Under the pieces are notes generated by a model. That model did not search any database. It saw only the letters and a program-made list of their open reading frames with translations, and was not told the origin of the DNA. A stretch of 64,000 nucleotides of DNA, taken from contig NC_086108.1 in NCBI RefSeq assembly GCF_963921235.1, positions 50,966,001 to 51,030,000 on the forward strand. The letters run 5' to 3'. Origin of the DNA: Mobula hypostoma (taxonomy: Eukaryota). A program made the position numbers and the translations under genes. How positions within the stretch are numbered: the first letter of the stretch is position 1; the number at the start of each line of letters is the position of its first letter. Shown one piece after another: positions 61,930 to 64,000 of the stretch.

Positions 61930-62062
61930 GTCCTGCCAAAGGGTTTCAGCCTGAAACATTGACCGTACTTTTTCCATTGATACTGCCTGGCCTGCTGAGT
62001 TCCTCCAGCATTTTGTGTGTGTTGCTTGGATTTCCAGCATCTGCAGGTTTTCTCTTGTTTGT
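61930..62062 (+). mobile_element. Penelope-like remnant with 10-bp TSD; degraded hammerhead
   Basis: TSD gatataatga at 61920-61929 and 62063-62072; begins gtcctgccaaagggtttcagcctgaaac. Confidence 0.78.
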
Positions 62063-62144
62063 GATATAATGATGCCTGATAATTGCAAATGCAAACCATG
62101 AATTAATACAAAAGATGGTCACATATTTTGTGGATTAACTGGGC

Positions 62145-62952
62145 ACAATCTGCATACAGACGGGTGGTGGAACGGCTGGCCCTCTGGTGTGGTCAGAGCA
62201 ATCTGGAGCTAAATACGCTCAAGACTGTGGAGATGACAGTGGACTTCAGGAGGAGCCCCCCCGTACTCCCCGCACTCATAATACTCAACAGTATTGTGTC
62301 TGCTGTGGAGACCTTCAGATTTCTGGGTGTCACAATCTCCCAGGACCTGAAGTGGACACCCAACGCAGACACTCTTATCAAAAAGGCTCAGCAGAGGTCG
62401 TATTTCCTACGTCAACTCAGGAAGTACAACCTGCCTCAGGAGCTGCTGATTCAATTCTATTTGGGAATAATCTAGTCTGTTCTCTGTTTGTCCATCACTG
62501 TCTGGTTTGGATCAGCTATCAAACAAGAATAGACTCCACAGAACCGTCAGGGCTGCGGAAAGGATTATTGGTATGAAGCTGCCCTCGATCCAGGACTTAT
62601 ATGCTTCTAGAGTCAGGAAGCGAGCAAGCAGCATCATTGTAGACCCATCACACCCTGGACATCACCTGTTCCAACTCCTTCCTTCTGGTAGGCGCTTTAG
62701 ATCACTGTATGCCAGGACAAATAGGTACAAGAACAGTTTCTTTCCGTATGCCAGTCTTATGAACACTTGAATTTTAGTCTATTATAAACTGTCCACCTGT
62801 ACATACACAGGTATACCTCATTGTATATAGTTCACGATTATTTGCACTATTGTTTTGTTTGCTATTGATTCTGTACAGCGAGAGCTCAGGGAAACCAGCA
62901 TCAAATTCCCTGTATGTGTCCACATACTTGGCAATAATAAAGGATTCTGATC
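62145..62952 (+). mobile_element. Rex1/Babar-type LINE 3' end
   Basis: LELNTLKTVEMTVDFRR, KKAQQR.YFLRQL, LLPSGRR; aataataaaggattctgat tail. Confidence 0.88.
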
Positions 62953-63169
62953 TAAGAATTCACATGGGCAAGATCTAATATCTGTTGCATTCAAAAGTGT
63001 TCCTTTTATAATTCAACAGTGCCAGTTATATACATTTAAGATGGTCATCATTAAATTGCAATAAATGGCATTAGAACTTTGGAATGCCTGTAAACCAATC
63101 TAATGCTGCTCAAACTCTGAAAAGCCAAATTTGCAACCAATATTGAAATTCTGCAGATCAACACACAAT

Positions 63170-64000
63170 ATTCTGGAATATCATTGTCATTAGATCTTTC
63201 TTACTACAACTCGATGTTCAACAAAATTATCCCACCAAACTTATCAAGAAGCTTCAGCAAGCGGGTCTCTAGATACTCAACCTCTTCTTTGGCAGATGTC
63301 GTTCAGTAAGGACTATACTGCATCTTCATTGACCATCAACACAGAGGTTGCAGTGCTTAGCTCCCTACTCTGCTCCCTACAAACAAGACTGGGTGGCTAA
63401 GCACCACTGCAAGACATCTTCAAATTCACTGATCACACTGCAGTTGTTGGATGAATCACAGGTGGGAATGAGCCATATTACTGCAATGAGATAGGTCACC
63501 TGTTTGAGTCATCCCACAAAATCAACTTCTTGCTCAACATCAGCAAAACTAAAGAGCTGGCTGTTGACTTCAGGAAGGGGCAGGAGCAGAAACATGCACC
63601 AGTCTACATTGGAGATTGGTGATAGAGAGTCAACAGCTTTAAATTTCTTGGCATTAGCCTAAGAGGATCAGCACATAGATACAATCGTAAGGAAAGCACA
63701 CTAGTTTTTTTTTTCTTTCTTAGGAGATTCAGCTTGTAATTAAACACTCAAACAAATAAATAAATGAATGAATACATAAATACATACATACATACTGTTG
63801 AAAATATCCTGACAGGTTGTACCATGGTCTGGTAGAGAAATTCAAATGTGCAGGATTGCAAGAAGCTGCAGAGAGTAATGGATTCTCGCCAATACATCAC
63901 AGGCACATTCCTCCGCACCACTGGTAGTATCTATAGGAGGTTATGCCTCAAGAAGGCAACTTCTATTATCAAAAAAATCCCACCATCCAGGCCATGCCAT
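63170..64000 (+). mobile_element. Degraded Rex1/Babar-type LINE (runs off window)
   Basis: LNISKTKEL.VDFRKG, ENILTGC, KKLQRV remnants. Confidence 0.75.

Noticed and set aside
1..64000. CRISPR arrays, operons or prokaryotic defence systems
   Set aside because: The sequence is intron-rich vertebrate DNA; no regularly spaced repeat-spacer arrays or operon-like gene clusters were seen.

Overview
This is vertebrate genomic DNA, probably from a cartilaginous fish (ray or shark); that assignment is inferred from the repeat families and is not proven. The host gene is ODR4 (odorant response abnormal 4 / C1orf27 homolog) on the minus strand. I assembled ten phase-compatible GT-AG coding exons by eye, from the ATG at 43066 down to 6508 (958 nt, about 319 codons); the remaining 3' exons probably lie left of the window. 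Almost all other long ORFs belong to transposable elements: a 5'-complete L1, many CR1, Rex1/Babar-type and L2/Jockey-like LINE copies, an RTE fragment, SINEs, and hAT and Harbinger MITEs. A full-length Ty3/Gypsy provirus (both LTRs, 4-bp TSD, tRNA-Trp PBS) sits inside a CR1 and carries a Tx1-type insertion. The most notable non-coding signal is about 10 short Penelope-like terminal remnants carrying minimal type-I hammerhead ribozyme motifs, two of them consensus-intact. Several are head-to-head palindromes with TSDs placed very close to ODR4 splice sites. All calls are by-eye recognition with no database searches, and degraded element boundaries are approximate.
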